Shown piece by piece: positions 27,995-38,057 of a stretch of 38,394 nt of DNA. This DNA is from Candidatus Nanohalarchaeota archaeon (lineage in GTDB: Archaea > Nanohalarchaeota > Nanosalinia > Nanosalinales > JAFCCC01), in contig JAFCCC010000006.1 of assembly GCA_017610385.1 (NCBI GenBank), forward strand, positions 1 through 38,394, in the 5' to 3' direction. The translations under genes and the position numbers were made by a program. The notes under the pieces are model-generated. The model saw only the letters and a list, made by a program, of their open reading frames with translations. It was not told where the DNA came from and searched no databases. Each line of letters opens with the position of its first letter. The stretch's first letter is position 1.

Positions 27995-28573
27995 ATGGAT
28001 TGTTTATTTTGTCAACTAATTGAAAGTGGAAAACTTTTAAAGATCTTGGAAAGTCCTAATTTCGTGGCTTTTTTAGATATTGCCCCTCGAACAAAAGGCC
28101 AAACACTTGTTGTTTCTAAAAAACATTTTGAGAATTTTGAAAGTTTACCTCCTGAACTTCTAGGTGAATTAAATCTAGTTACGCAAGCGGTGGTCAAAAA
28201 TATTAAGTCCAAATTGAAAGCAAAAGGTGTTTCAATGGCTGTAAATTCCGGAGAGCTTGCAGGGCAGAGAATTCCACACTTTGCTTTAATTGTCTACCCG
28301 CGTTATGAGGAAGAAGAAACAAAGGGAGTTCCTGTTGGCGCATTTTTTAAACCAATTGAAACCAATGAAGAAGAATTAACAGAACTTGCGAAAAAACTGA
28401 ATATTAAATTAAGTGTTTCAAATAAAACATTAGAACCAAAAAAAGAACAAATAATTTCTGAAAAGAAATCTGAACAGAAAGAGCAACTAAAAGAAGAATT
28501 AGTTGGAAAACTCAAATCACGAAACACTAAAAAGAAAACAACACGGAAAAAAGAATATGTTGAGTTTGTTTAG
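27995..28573 (+). CDS. HIT-family-like protein with a degenerate histidine triad and KE-rich C-terminal tail
   Basis: The N-terminal 'MDCLFCQLIE' and the fold match HIT. The triad position reads 'IPHFALIVYPR' (H-F-A-L-I instead of HxHxH). Confidence 0.6.
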   Translation: MDCLFCQLIESGKLLKILESPNFVAFLDIAPRTKGQTLVVSKKHFENFESLPPELLGELNLVTQAVVKNIKSKLKAKGVSMAVNSGELAGQRIPHFALIVYPRYEEEETKGVPVGAFFKPIETNEEELTELAKKLNIKLSVSNKTLEPKKEQIISEKKSEQKEQLKEELVGKLKSRNTKKKTTRKKEYVEFV

Positions 28574-28657
28574 CACATAAACCGTGCTCTGAGTAAATTG
28601 CGAAAGCAGTACGTACTTTTTTAAAGATCTAATTAAATTATAAAATTGGTGAATTAA

Positions 28658-29233
28658 ATGGCGTTTTTTGGTATTTTAAAATGTGTTCCGAAAGAAGTTA
28701 TATCCGTCTTAGGGGAGCGACGAGAAGATTATATGGAGGACGTTCCTCTGCCAGATAGTGCAGAAGAATTATGGGATTACCTTCAGAGCCACAGAGCAAA
28801 CTCAGATGATACTAATGTTTTTGGTATAATGGAAGGACAGAATCCGTATCTTGCTCCATTAGTTTATAAAAGTCTAAGAAGAGTTGAACAATTTCTACAA
28901 GATAATGGATATTTGAAACATTCAAAATATTACGAAGCGTATGTGATGGTTGAGTATACACCTAATACAGATAATACAACAGATACTTCTTCTATACTTG
29001 AAGGAGTAAATGTAAATCTGGGAGGATTTACAACCCAAATGAGAAGATGGGTAGCAGAAGAAATATTAACAGAAAAAATGCATGAAGATGCAGAAAAACT
29101 TAGAATGGTGAATTTATCAACCATAACCGAGTTAAATCCGGAAGCATTTTTACTACCAGAAAGTGCGGTTTTATTGGAGGATGCGGTCAATAAACTTCGA
29201 ATTGATGTACCTAACTCATGCGGTTATGCTTAA
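28658..29233 (+). CDS. hypothetical acidic protein with atypical (higher-GC) composition
   Basis: 191 aa, Asp/Glu-rich and not Lys-rich. GC looks about 40% against about 30% nearby. No recognisable domain. Confidence 0.45.
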   Translation: MAFFGILKCVPKEVISVLGERREDYMEDVPLPDSAEELWDYLQSHRANSDDTNVFGIMEGQNPYLAPLVYKSLRRVEQFLQDNGYLKHSKYYEAYVMVEYTPNTDNTTDTSSILEGVNVNLGGFTTQMRRWVAEEILTEKMHEDAEKLRMVNLSTITELNPEAFLLPESAVLLEDAVNKLRIDVPNSCGYA

Positions 29234-29411
29234 AAGTCAGACAAAGATACTTTTTTTAAGAGTATATTGTAATGAAAAGAAAACCCTGTTGAGTGTATTT
29301 GAATAATTCGTAAAGATTTCATGCAAAAATCAAATTGAGCGTTGCATTTCTCTTTTTTGGTCAAATATATACTAAATACACATATATACTTTTTATGGTG
29401 ATATATATTCG

Positions 29412-30323
29412 ATGAAAAGAAAAATTATAAAATTGGGGGACACCACACACGTTATTTCTTTACCAGCAGTATGGTTCAGAGATAATGAATTAGGTGCTGG
29501 AGATGAATTAGAAGTAGAAATCGCTGGACCTGATTTACGAGTTTCTACTAAAAAAGATCCAAATTTGGAAAAAATTACACTTTATTTAAAAAATTTGAGT
29601 AAATCCTCTATCGCGGCACATTTAAAAGCAGCATATGTCAAAGGATACGGAGAAATTAAACTAATTGTAGGAGATGGATCAGCTATCGAAACCGTACAAG
29701 ATATTTTTTCATCAATGATTGGTTTTGAAATAATAGAACAAGCCAAAGATATTGTAATTATAAAAGATCTTTCTTATGAAGGAGAAATATCACCAATAAT
29801 GATAATTAAAAAGTGTTTTGCTATAATTTCATCTTGTTCAGAAGATGGTCTTAAAGCCGTAAAAAATGGAGATAAAAAAGTATTAAGCGAACTAAAAGAA
29901 CGGGATTTTGTTTTAAATAGATTCATTAATTTTTATTTGAGAAAAATTATTCAAAACAAATGGGTTGTTGAAAAAGATTCTAAACTATTATTTTCCTTTA
30001 TAAATTTATTAGAATATCTTGGAGACCACTATTCAAATATGAGTAAAGCGCTCAGTAAGCAAGATGATGCCGTTCATAACGACGTTGTGGAATTCTGGGA
30101 ATATATGAATAAAATGACACAAACGATATCAGAAAATTTCTTTGAATTTAATAATGAAGCAATAGTAATGATTTTAGATTCTATTCATAAATTAAATAAA
30201 AGGATTGATGTTTCTTTAAAAGAAAGAAAAGAAGCAGTAAATATAATTTCATTAAACTGGTTAAAAAATATTGCAAATACCCTCAATGATCTTGCAATAT
30301 ATGAATTAATGATGAACTTATAG
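29412..30323 (+). CDS. AbrB/SpoVT-domain plus PhoU-domain regulator (archaeal PhoU-like)
   Basis: N-terminal swapped-hairpin 'MKRKIIKLGDTTHVISLPAVWFRDNELGAGDELEVE' followed by a helical PhoU-like domain. Confidence 0.7.
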   Translation: MKRKIIKLGDTTHVISLPAVWFRDNELGAGDELEVEIAGPDLRVSTKKDPNLEKITLYLKNLSKSSIAAHLKAAYVKGYGEIKLIVGDGSAIETVQDIFSSMIGFEIIEQAKDIVIIKDLSYEGEISPIMIIKKCFAIISSCSEDGLKAVKNGDKKVLSELKERDFVLNRFINFYLRKIIQNKWVVEKDSKLLFSFINLLEYLGDHYSNMSKALSKQDDAVHNDVVEFWEYMNKMTQTISENFFEFNNEAIVMILDSIHKLNKRIDVSLKERKEAVNIISLNWLKNIANTLNDLAIYELMMNL

Positions 30324-30423
30324 CTGCATTCAAACGTTATAGATGCATTTAAATTTTTCTTAATAAAATATATATTTTCAAGTTTATATATTTTAATATA
30401 CATATTAAAATTAGGTGATTACT

Positions 30424-30972
30424 ATGCCACGGGGTAATGAGAAACTAGATAAAGCATATGCTGCGGGTGATAAGGCTGGAAGAGATGGGGATTTGTTAGA
30501 TGATATTATTATGGGTCTTGGTCTTCCGAGTCTAATTCCTCCCCATACAGACGAGGATGATGTGTATAGCAAAGGTTATGAACATGGTGCAGAGCAACGT
30601 CATAGTGGCTCTAGTAGCGATTCAGATAATTCTAGTGATAGCGATAAGGGAGGTTGCTATCTAACAACTGCGTGTGTTACTGCGATGGGTTTTCCAGACG
30701 ACTGTTTTGAATTAGATGTTTTACGTTCATTCAGAGAAGACGTATTAATGAAAACTATGGATGGTAGAAAAGCAATTTCCGAATATGAAAGAATGGCGCC
30801 CAGAATTATAGAAGCAGTTCATGAAAGAGAAGGTTCTCACGCAATGGAAATCTTCCGGGGACTGTATCCCGACATACGTATTGCAGTGCAACTGATATTA
30901 TCTGAAAAATATAATGAAGCATTTTCTCACTATCGTCAAATGAGTTCAAGATTGGCAAAAGCATATGATTAG
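30424..30972 (+). CDS. hypothetical acidic protein with a Ser/Asp linker and conserved 'GGCYLTTACV...DCFELDVLRSFRED' Cys motif domain
   Basis: Start set at the ATG with GGTGA eight nt upstream (the track's GTG is at 30415). GC is about 42%. Motif pattern: C[FY][IL]TTA[AC]V...LRxFR[DE]...YxxxAP.I. Confidence 0.5.
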   Translation: MPRGNEKLDKAYAAGDKAGRDGDLLDDIIMGLGLPSLIPPHTDEDDVYSKGYEHGAEQRHSGSSSDSDNSSDSDKGGCYLTTACVTAMGFPDDCFELDVLRSFREDVLMKTMDGRKAISEYERMAPRIIEAVHEREGSHAMEIFRGLYPDIRIAVQLILSEKYNEAFSHYRQMSSRLAKAYD

Positions 30973-30984
30973 CCATTTAAATTG

Positions 30985-31020
30985 GCGTCAGTTTGAGCGA
31001 CTGACGTACTTTTTTCTTTT
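30985..31020 (+). terminator. hairpin plus T-tract terminator-like element
   Basis: A 7-bp stem (CGTCAGT at 30986-30992 pairing with ACTGACG at 31000-31006) flanked by a G85-T07 wobble pair closes a 7-nt loop and is followed by TTTTTTCTTTT. Confidence 0.5.
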
Positions 31021-31177
31021 GAAAGCTTCAGACAAAACGTATTTAAATCTTAATCTTAAATTATTGTATATGCAAAGTGATTGCCGGATTAGCTAATAAA
31101 TGTAATTTCTTAAGAGGTAAATATAACTTTAAGTTCAACAAAAACTCATTTATTTATGAGACTATCGAGGGTTTTTT

Positions 31178-34100
31178 ATGTATGATGCGAAAAAAATAGA
31201 AAAAGAAGTTCGGGAACATTGGAAAAAGAATAAAATCCCAGAAAAAATCGTAAATTTTAATCTTAAATCTCAAAAAAAGAAATTTTATTTATTAGACGGA
31301 CCACCCTATGCGAATGCTTTACCTCATGCCGGCCACGTAATGACAACGGTTTTTAAAGATTTATGGAGTAAACTAAAAACCATGCAAGGTTATCAAGTGT
31401 GGTGGCAACCCGGATTTGACTGTCACGGTCTGCCAATTGAGAATAAAGTAGAAAAAGAAATTGGAGTGAAATCCAAGGCAGATATTGAAAAATACGGTGT
31501 TTCTAAATTTATCAAAAAATGCAAAGAATTTTCTACCTCTAACTTAGAGGGCTGGATGGGCATTTATAAGGATATTGGTGCGTGGAGGGGCTGGCACAAA
31601 CCATATTTAACATATAACCCCAGTTATATTGAAAGTGGCTGGTGGACTGTAAAAAAACTATATGAAAAAGGATTACTAGTACAAGGAAAAAAGCCCATTC
31701 ATTGGTGTCCTTCTTGTGAGACCTCATTATCTGGCTATGAGGTAACAGACTCTTACAAAGATGTCGAAGATCCTTCAATTTATATAAAATTTCCAGTAAA
31801 AGGAAAGAAAAATGAATATTTTTTGGCATGGACTACAACACCATGGACGCTTCCTGCGAATGTGGCGTTAATCGTTCATCCAGATGAAATTTATGTTAAA
31901 ATCGAAGTTTGGAATGAAAAATTAATCCTAGCTAAAAAACTATTGGAAACAGTAGTTCAAAAAATCGAGATGGGTTTTAAGATTATTGAGGAATTTAAAG
32001 GGAAGAAACTAGTTGGAATGAAATATGAACCTCTTTTAGATGTGCCAATTCAAAAGAAATTAAGCAAACAAAAAAATGCGCACATTATTGTTGAATCCAT
32101 ACCAATTTTAAAGAAAAATATTGCGTCAAAAGTAGCAGAAAAAAAAGGTCTGAAAATTGATAATAGTAAAGAAAAATTTGGTCATTTGGTTACAATGGAT
32201 GCAGGGACTGGAATTGTTCATTGCGCACCAGGACATGGCGCAGAAGACAACAAAATAGGAGAAAAATATAAGTTACCAATACTTTCTCCAGTAAATGAAA
32301 GAGGTGTATTAGAAGGGGGAACTGGCTTCGATGGATTATTTGTAAAAGATGCTGATTCAAAAATTGTAGAATATCTAAAAAATAATAATAGATTACTTTA
32401 TTCTGAAAAAATAATTCATTCATATCCAGTATGTTGGAGATGTAAAAGCCCGTTAGTATATAGATTAAGTAATCAATGGTTCTTCTTAATTGATCAAATT
32501 AAAGAACAAATGATCAATGAAAATGAAAAAGTTAATTGGCTTCCTGAGAACGCAAAAGACAGAATGAGAAATTGGCTAAATAATGCAGTAGATTGGTGTG
32601 TATCCATCCAAAGATTTTGGGGGATTCCCATCCCAATATGGCGTTGTGATAAATGTTCTAAAATCAAGGTTATTGGTGGAAAAGAAGAACTTGAAAAAGA
32701 GATGACTAATGGAATTAAACTTGATGATTTGCATAAGGATATTGTGGATAAAGTCGAATTAAAATGTGCTTGTGGCGGAAAAATGAAACGAATTCCTGAT
32801 TTATTAAATATTTGGGTTGAATCTGGAATTTCTCCGTGGGCATCTTTAGGATATCCTTATCTGAATAAAGAATTATTTGAAAAATTATGGACTGTTGATT
32901 TGGTTGATGAAAGTCAAGATCAGATTAGGGGCTGGTTTTATTCCTTATTGTTTATGGGTGTTGCCACGTTTAATAAACGGACCTATGACACAGTTTGTTT
33001 AAATGGTTGGACATTAGATAGCAAGGGAGAGAAGATGTCCAAAAGTCTTGGAAATGTCGTTCTCGCTAGTGAGGCGTATAAAGAACTTGGCGCAGATATT
33101 TTAAGATTATACATTTGTTCTGATATTGCTCCTTGGGAAACTCATCGGGTTTCAATTAAAGATGCAAAAGAATTATTCAAAATTTTAAATATTGTAAGCA
33201 ATTTAGAAAAATTCATTGAAATGTATCAGGTAACTTTCACTAAAAGAGTGGAAGTTACGTCACTTGAAAATAAATGGATTTTGTCTAGACTAAATTCTTT
33301 GATCAAAGAAGTTACTTTTGATTTTGAGCATTTTAGATTTCATTTTGCAGCAAGGAAATTAACTGGTTTTATTTTAAATGATTTTTCTAGGTTTTATATG
33401 AAATTAGTAAAAGAAAACATACAAAATAAAGAAACTGCATATGTTTTTGGTGAAGTTTTAAGAAATTATTTAAAATTGCTGGCGCCACTCTGTCCATTTA
33501 TAACTGAAAAATTATACTTGGATTTATTCAAAGATATTGAAAAAAAAGAATCAATTCACTTATGCGAATATCCAAAATCAAATAAAAATTTAATTAATAA
33601 AAAATTAGAAGAAGAATTTGAAATTGCGCAAGAAATTATAGAAAATGTTCAAGCGCTAAGACAAGAACAAAAAATAAAATTAAGATGGCCGATTAAAGCG
33701 GTTTTTGTGGCTGGCGATCAAAAATTAAAAAATACGATTAGAGATTTGGATGGAATTTTAAAACAATTTTGTAATTGCAAAGAACTTAAATTTGAAAATA
33801 ATTTAGAATTAAATTATGAAATGAAACCAAATTATAGAGAATTTGGGAAGAAATTTGGCAAAGATGTGGGCTTGGTTGTTAAATTATTAAACAAAGAAAA
33901 TCCGAATAAATTAAAGAAGAGTTTAGACAAAGGTTCGGTTAAATTAGGCGCATTTAAAATCTATAAAGAACTTTTAATCATCACTGAAAAATTATCTAAG
34001 GGAAAGGTGGGTAATTCAATTTCCAATGGAGTTGTGCTAATTGATGAAACGTGGGATAGGAAATTAAAAGAAGAAGCACTAATTAGGGATTTAATACGAA

Positions 34101-34312
34101 CAATACAAATCAAACGTAAAGAAGCTAAATTGAAACTTACAGATAAAATTAAACTTACACTAAAAGGACCAGCTTATTTGAAAAATTGGGAAAATACAAT
34201 TAAAGAAGATATTGTTACGTCCAGTCTTCACTTTGGAAAAATTAGCGGGGAATTCAAAGGCACACTTCATTTTGAAAATGAATTAGTTGAATTTGGATTT
34301 GAGAAGTATTAG
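31178..34312 (+). CDS. ileS: isoleucyl-tRNA synthetase
   Basis: Class I HIGH-type 'PHAGHV', 'KMSKS' and an editing domain. 1044 aa. Confidence 0.95.
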   Translation: MYDAKKIEKEVREHWKKNKIPEKIVNFNLKSQKKKFYLLDGPPYANALPHAGHVMTTVFKDLWSKLKTMQGYQVWWQPGFDCHGLPIENKVEKEIGVKSKADIEKYGVSKFIKKCKEFSTSNLEGWMGIYKDIGAWRGWHKPYLTYNPSYIESGWWTVKKLYEKGLLVQGKKPIHWCPSCETSLSGYEVTDSYKDVEDPSIYIKFPVKGKKNEYFLAWTTTPWTLPANVALIVHPDEIYVKIEVWNEKLILAKKLLETVVQKIEMGFKIIEEFKGKKLVGMKYEPLLDVPIQKKLSKQKNAHIIVESIPILKKNIASKVAEKKGLKIDNSKEKFGHLVTMDAGTGIVHCAPGHGAEDNKIGEKYKLPILSPVNERGVLEGGTGFDGLFVKDADSKIVEYLKNNNRLLYSEKIIHSYPVCWRCKSPLVYRLSNQWFFLIDQIKEQMINENEKVNWLPENAKDRMRNWLNNAVDWCVSIQRFWGIPIPIWRCDKCSKIKVIGGKEELEKEMTNGIKLDDLHKDIVDKVELKCACGGKMKRIPDLLNIWVESGISPWASLGYPYLNKELFEKLWTVDLVDESQDQIRGWFYSLLFMGVATFNKRTYDTVCLNGWTLDSKGEKMSKSLGNVVLASEAYKELGADILRLYICSDIAPWETHRVSIKDAKELFKILNIVSNLEKFIEMYQVTFTKRVEVTSLENKWILSRLNSLIKEVTFDFEHFRFHFAARKLTGFILNDFSRFYMKLVKENIQNKETAYVFGEVLRNYLKLLAPLCPFITEKLYLDLFKDIEKKESIHLCEYPKSNKNLINKKLEEEFEIAQEIIENVQALRQEQKIKLRWPIKAVFVAGDQKLKNTIRDLDGILKQFCNCKELKFENNLELNYEMKPNYREFGKKFGKDVGLVVKLLNKENPNKLKKSLDKGSVKLGAFKIYKELLIITEKLSKGKVGNSISNGVVLIDETWDRKLKEEALIRDLIRTIQIKRKEAKLKLTDKIKLTLKGPAYLKNWENTIKEDIVTSSLHFGKISGEFKGTLHFENELVEFGFEKY

Positions 34313-34385
34313 TCTTAATTACTTGTTACTATTGTAATTCTTTTTTTAGGAGGGGTTTTTATTCTTACAAAATCAAAGCTGGATT

Positions 34386-35363
34386 ATGCTTAAGATAGTT
34401 TGTATTGGTGGTGGAACTGGACTTTATACGTTACTAAGAGGTTTGAAGAAGTATCCGTGCGAAATTACCGCGATAGTATCTATGGCAGATGACGGGGGTT
34501 GTAGTGGAAAATTAAGAGACGAGTATGGAATTCTCCCACCCGGAGATGTACGTCGATGCTTAATTGCATTATCAGATTCAACAGAATTAATGAAAAAAAT
34601 ATTTGGTTATAGATTTAACAGGGGTTCTTTGAAGGATTATTCATTAGGTAATATTATTCTTACTGCATTACGCGAAATAGAAAATTCAGATGTTAACGGA
34701 ATTAAAAGAGCATGTGAATTATTGAAAATCAAAGGAAATGTTCTTCCATGTACACAAGAGAATATTAGACTGTGTGCTGAACTGGAAAATGGAAAGACAA
34801 TATATGGAGAAACAAATATTGATATTCCAAAACATAATCCAAATTTAAAAATTAGAAAAGTTTTTTTAGATCATTCAGCACAGATTTTCAAAGAATCTAA
34901 AGAAGCCTTATTAGATGCAGATATAATCACAATTGGTCCTGGGGACTTATACACTAGTTTAATTCCAAATTTACTAGTTAGTGGTTTTTCAGAAACCATA
35001 AAAAATTCAAATGCTTCTTTAATTTACATTTGCAATATAATGACGAAACACGGAGAAACAGATAATTTTAAAGTTGGTGATTTTGTTTCTGAAATAACTA
35101 AATACGCTGGAAAAATACCAGATTATGTTTTTTATGACACCTCAAAAATCAATGATAAAATATTATTGGAAAAATATGAAAAAGAACAAGCGTTTCATGT
35201 AAAATTAAATCACGTAAGTGAAAATTCAAGAGTAATTGGTTTTGATTTCGTAAAAAACTCAACAATTCTAAGACATGATTCAGATATTTTAGCAAAAGCA
35301 GTAATAAAAATGGGAGAGGAATTACCAGAATCAGTAAAGTTAATTAGAGAAGAATTACCATAA
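34386..35363 (+). CDS. CofD/YvcK-family (UPF0052) protein
   Basis: 'KIVCIGGGTGLYTLLRGLK' and 'LPPGDVRRCL' are typical of the family. Confidence 0.75.
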   Translation: MLKIVCIGGGTGLYTLLRGLKKYPCEITAIVSMADDGGCSGKLRDEYGILPPGDVRRCLIALSDSTELMKKIFGYRFNRGSLKDYSLGNIILTALREIENSDVNGIKRACELLKIKGNVLPCTQENIRLCAELENGKTIYGETNIDIPKHNPNLKIRKVFLDHSAQIFKESKEALLDADIITIGPGDLYTSLIPNLLVSGFSETIKNSNASLIYICNIMTKHGETDNFKVGDFVSEITKYAGKIPDYVFYDTSKINDKILLEKYEKEQAFHVKLNHVSENSRVIGFDFVKNSTILRHDSDILAKAVIKMGEELPESVKLIREELP

Positions 35364-35441
35364 TCCGTAAAGTTAGTTCTGAATTGCTAAAATCACGGAA
35401 AGTCGCGTCTTTAAAATCATTAAAATACGCTTATTAAATCA

Positions 35442-36869
35442 TTAAAATAAACTTGTCGCGAAACCTAGAACAATTAAAACTAAGGTTATAGCTGCAAGAA
35501 TCTTGCTAAGAAGTTTACCTTTTTTCTTTGAAATTTTAGTCAGCAATTCTTCCCACATAACACCGCCATCTAACGGTTTAATTGGCATTAAATTGGCCAT
35601 TCCGACACCCACATTTACCATTACAAGGAAAGACAACAATCCATACATAAAAGAGATAAATGGTAGTTTATTTTTCATTGGCTCTTTTACCTGACCTCGA
35701 TTTACTACTGAAATACCAATGTACGCTTTTTTAGAGAGTTCTGAATTAATAGCGGAAATTTTTTGTTCTGCTTTATTATCTAAATGATCAAAATTATCTT
35801 TAATCCAATTCCAACGAGATAATCTTTTTAATGGATGTTCTCCTCTTTCTCTCCAATCGATAATCGGAATAACAGGTTCAACATAACCTTGAACATAATC
35901 CCAAACAGACGGATTATATTTTAAATTAATTTTCGGGTAAGGAGAAAGAATAAGAGAATATGTCTTATTATTTGAGGACAACAAATAAATAGGATTTCCC
36001 GGGTTAAATGTAGCTAAGATAGTATGAAAATCTGTAATGCTATTGATTTTTTTATTATCTAAATAGGTAATATTCATTTCATTTGGAATTCCAGCAAAAT
36101 ACGCAGGAGAATTATTTGCAACATCAAAAATAGTAATTCCTGTGTGATCATAAACTCCCTTAATTTCTCTACCACCATACGAGGAAGTAGAACTAGCTAG
36201 AACGATTAACATAACTAATCCTGCAAGAACAAAATTTCCTAGACTTCCAGCACCCAAAACTCTTAATCTAGAAAGTAAACTGCCGCCTTGCCAACCTCCT
36301 TCTACTTTTCCTTTTTCTTTATTTTTCCCCTTATTTTTCTTATTAGTATGAATATTCTGTTCACCTTCTGGTTCCACAAATGCAGCGGGAAGAATTCCTA
36401 GAATCGCCCAACCAACAGAATTTAATTTGAACTTTTCAACTAAACCAACAATTCCATGAAATCCTTCATGAACAACAATCATAACAAAAATTCCAATAAT
36501 CCAGTACCAAAAAGGCGTTAGAAATACTCCAGGAAGCAATTTAAACTCATTTGAAAATGAAGGAAGAACTAATGCCAATCCTGGTTGAGTATTAGTTGAA
36601 ATAAACCCATTTAAAACATTTCCAATTAAAAAGAAAAAAATAAACACCGAACCACAGTAGGCCAACCCAACTCCAAAAGTAGAAAGTATTTTCCAAAATT
36701 TTGGACAGCACATAGAAATGCATTCTAAAATCTTGATCCCTTTTTTAGTTCTTCGAACAAAAACTATTCCTTGTCTCTCAATGTTTTTTCGATCTTTCCA
36801 TAAAAAGAAAACAAGTAAAGCCACAAAAACAAGTGCAGATACTGTATTAAAATTCAAAAAACTCATCAT
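35442..36869 (-). CDS. site-2 protease (M50 family) membrane metalloprotease
   Basis: HExxH motif 'VHEGFHGIVG' in a TM helix, polytopic, with a PDZ-like insert. Confidence 0.8.
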   Translation of the reverse strand: MMSFLNFNTVSALVFVALLVFFLWKDRKNIERQGIVFVRRTKKGIKILECISMCCPKFWKILSTFGVGLAYCGSVFIFFFLIGNVLNGFISTNTQPGLALVLPSFSNEFKLLPGVFLTPFWYWIIGIFVMIVVHEGFHGIVGLVEKFKLNSVGWAILGILPAAFVEPEGEQNIHTNKKNKGKNKEKGKVEGGWQGGSLLSRLRVLGAGSLGNFVLAGLVMLIVLASSTSSYGGREIKGVYDHTGITIFDVANNSPAYFAGIPNEMNITYLDNKKINSITDFHTILATFNPGNPIYLLSSNNKTYSLILSPYPKINLKYNPSVWDYVQGYVEPVIPIIDWRERGEHPLKRLSRWNWIKDNFDHLDNKAEQKISAINSELSKKAYIGISVVNRGQVKEPMKNKLPFISFMYGLLSFLVMVNVGVGMANLMPIKPLDGGVMWEELLTKISKKKGKLLSKILAAITLVLIVLGFATSLF

Positions 36870-36943
36870 TCATTATTGGCTTTAGGGGTATTTAAATTAG
36901 TTGTCTGGGAGTTTAGCCTCTTAATTATTCTCTAATACTATTT

Positions 36944-37585
36944 TTATCCATTTTTTATTTTTTCAAAATCTTTTTTAAGTGTATCAAGCATGTTTATATT
37001 GTAGGTTGCAACAGCAGGATGATACAAAGGAACAATTTTTATAATTCCTGTTAAAGTTGAGATCCTAAAAACTTTTCCATGAATTTTGCTTATCCCTTGA
37101 ATTTTATCTTTTAAGTTAAATTTTTTTAATATGTGATCAGTTGAAAAATTTCCCAAACAACAGATCACTTCTGGTTTTATAATTTCAATTTGTTTATCTA
37201 AATAAGGAGAGCAATTGTTTATTTCCTCTTGAGTTGGATTTCGATTGTTTGGCGGGCGGCATTTAAGAATATTACTTATGTAAATTTCTTCTCGTTTTAA
37301 ATCAACAAAGTTTAATAACTCATCAAAAATTTTTCCTGCTCGTCCCACAAAAGGTTTTCCTTGTTTATCTTCATTAAATCCAGGAGCTTCACCAACGAAC
37401 ATTATTTTAGCGTTTAAAGATCCTTCTCCAACCACAGGATTTGTTCTTGTTTTACATAAATCACATTTTTTACAATTTGAAATTTGTTCTTTAAGCAATT
37501 GGAGTTTTCCCAGACTAAAATTAATTTCTGAGTGTGCAACAGTTGATAATTCTTTTTCACCTTTTCCTAAACTCACAATAGTCAT
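36944..37585 (-). CDS. udg: uracil-DNA glycosylase, family 4
   Basis: 'GEGSLNAKIMFVGEAPGFNEDKQGKPFVGRAGKIFDELL' and Cys ligands for a 4Fe-4S cluster. Confidence 0.85.
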   Translation of the reverse strand: MTIVSLGKGEKELSTVAHSEINFSLGKLQLLKEQISNCKKCDLCKTRTNPVVGEGSLNAKIMFVGEAPGFNEDKQGKPFVGRAGKIFDELLNFVDLKREEIYISNILKCRPPNNRNPTQEEINNCSPYLDKQIEIIKPEVICCLGNFSTDHILKKFNLKDKIQGISKIHGKVFRISTLTGIIKIVPLYHPAVATYNINMLDTLKKDFEKIKNG

Positions 37586-37625
37586 TCCTTCCAGACCTCT
37601 CTTTGATTTTCATTACAAGATATAA

Positions 37626-37757
37626 TTTATTTTCTTACTAACACAACACCACATTTTGGGCATTTTAAATTTGAACATGGAATTCCTGAATTATGTTTAA
37701 GTCTATAACCGCAGTTAGGACAAATACACTCCCCACTTGGACCTGCTGCAAATCCAC
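37626..37757 (-). CDS. small zinc-ribbon protein (DUF5320-like), start uncertain or frameshifted
   Basis: Encodes '...PSGECICPNCGYRLKHNSGIPCSNLKCPKCGVVLVRK'. The upstream ATG at 37788 opens 'MVMITGRGRMGGFAAG', a DUF5320-like N-terminus, in the -1 frame. That ATG overlaps the ferredoxin stop (ATGA). The two parts would join if one T at about 37741-37742 were absent. Confidence 0.35.
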
Positions 37758-37778
37758 CCATTCTTCCCCTGCCTGTTA

Positions 37779-38057
37779 TCATAACCATAGCTCTTCCAAA
37801 CCTCTATCTGCGCCCATTCTTACTACTCTACCAAATCCTTGTTCATCGCCTTGATTAAGACTTGTTTCAGTTTCTTTATCTTCTCCATCTTTAATAATAA
37901 TAGATCCTATAGGACAGGAATTTGCAGCATCTTTTAAACATTCAGCATTTTCATTTTTTATAGAAGCTTTTCCTACAACCAGTTCTATACCTTCTGGACA
38001 GATATTAGCGCAAACGCTACAACCAATACATTTATTTTTATCTATTCTTGCTTTCAT
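37779..38057 (-). CDS. mini ferredoxin-like protein with Gly/Arg-containing C-terminal tail
   Basis: 'KCIGCSVCANICPEGIEL...ECLKDAANSCPIGSIII...GFGRVVRMGADRG'. Paralog of the 19548-19856 ORF. Confidence 0.55.
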   Translation of the reverse strand: MKARIDKNKCIGCSVCANICPEGIELVVGKASIKNENAECLKDAANSCPIGSIIIKDGEDKETETSLNQGDEQGFGRVVRMGADRGLEELWL

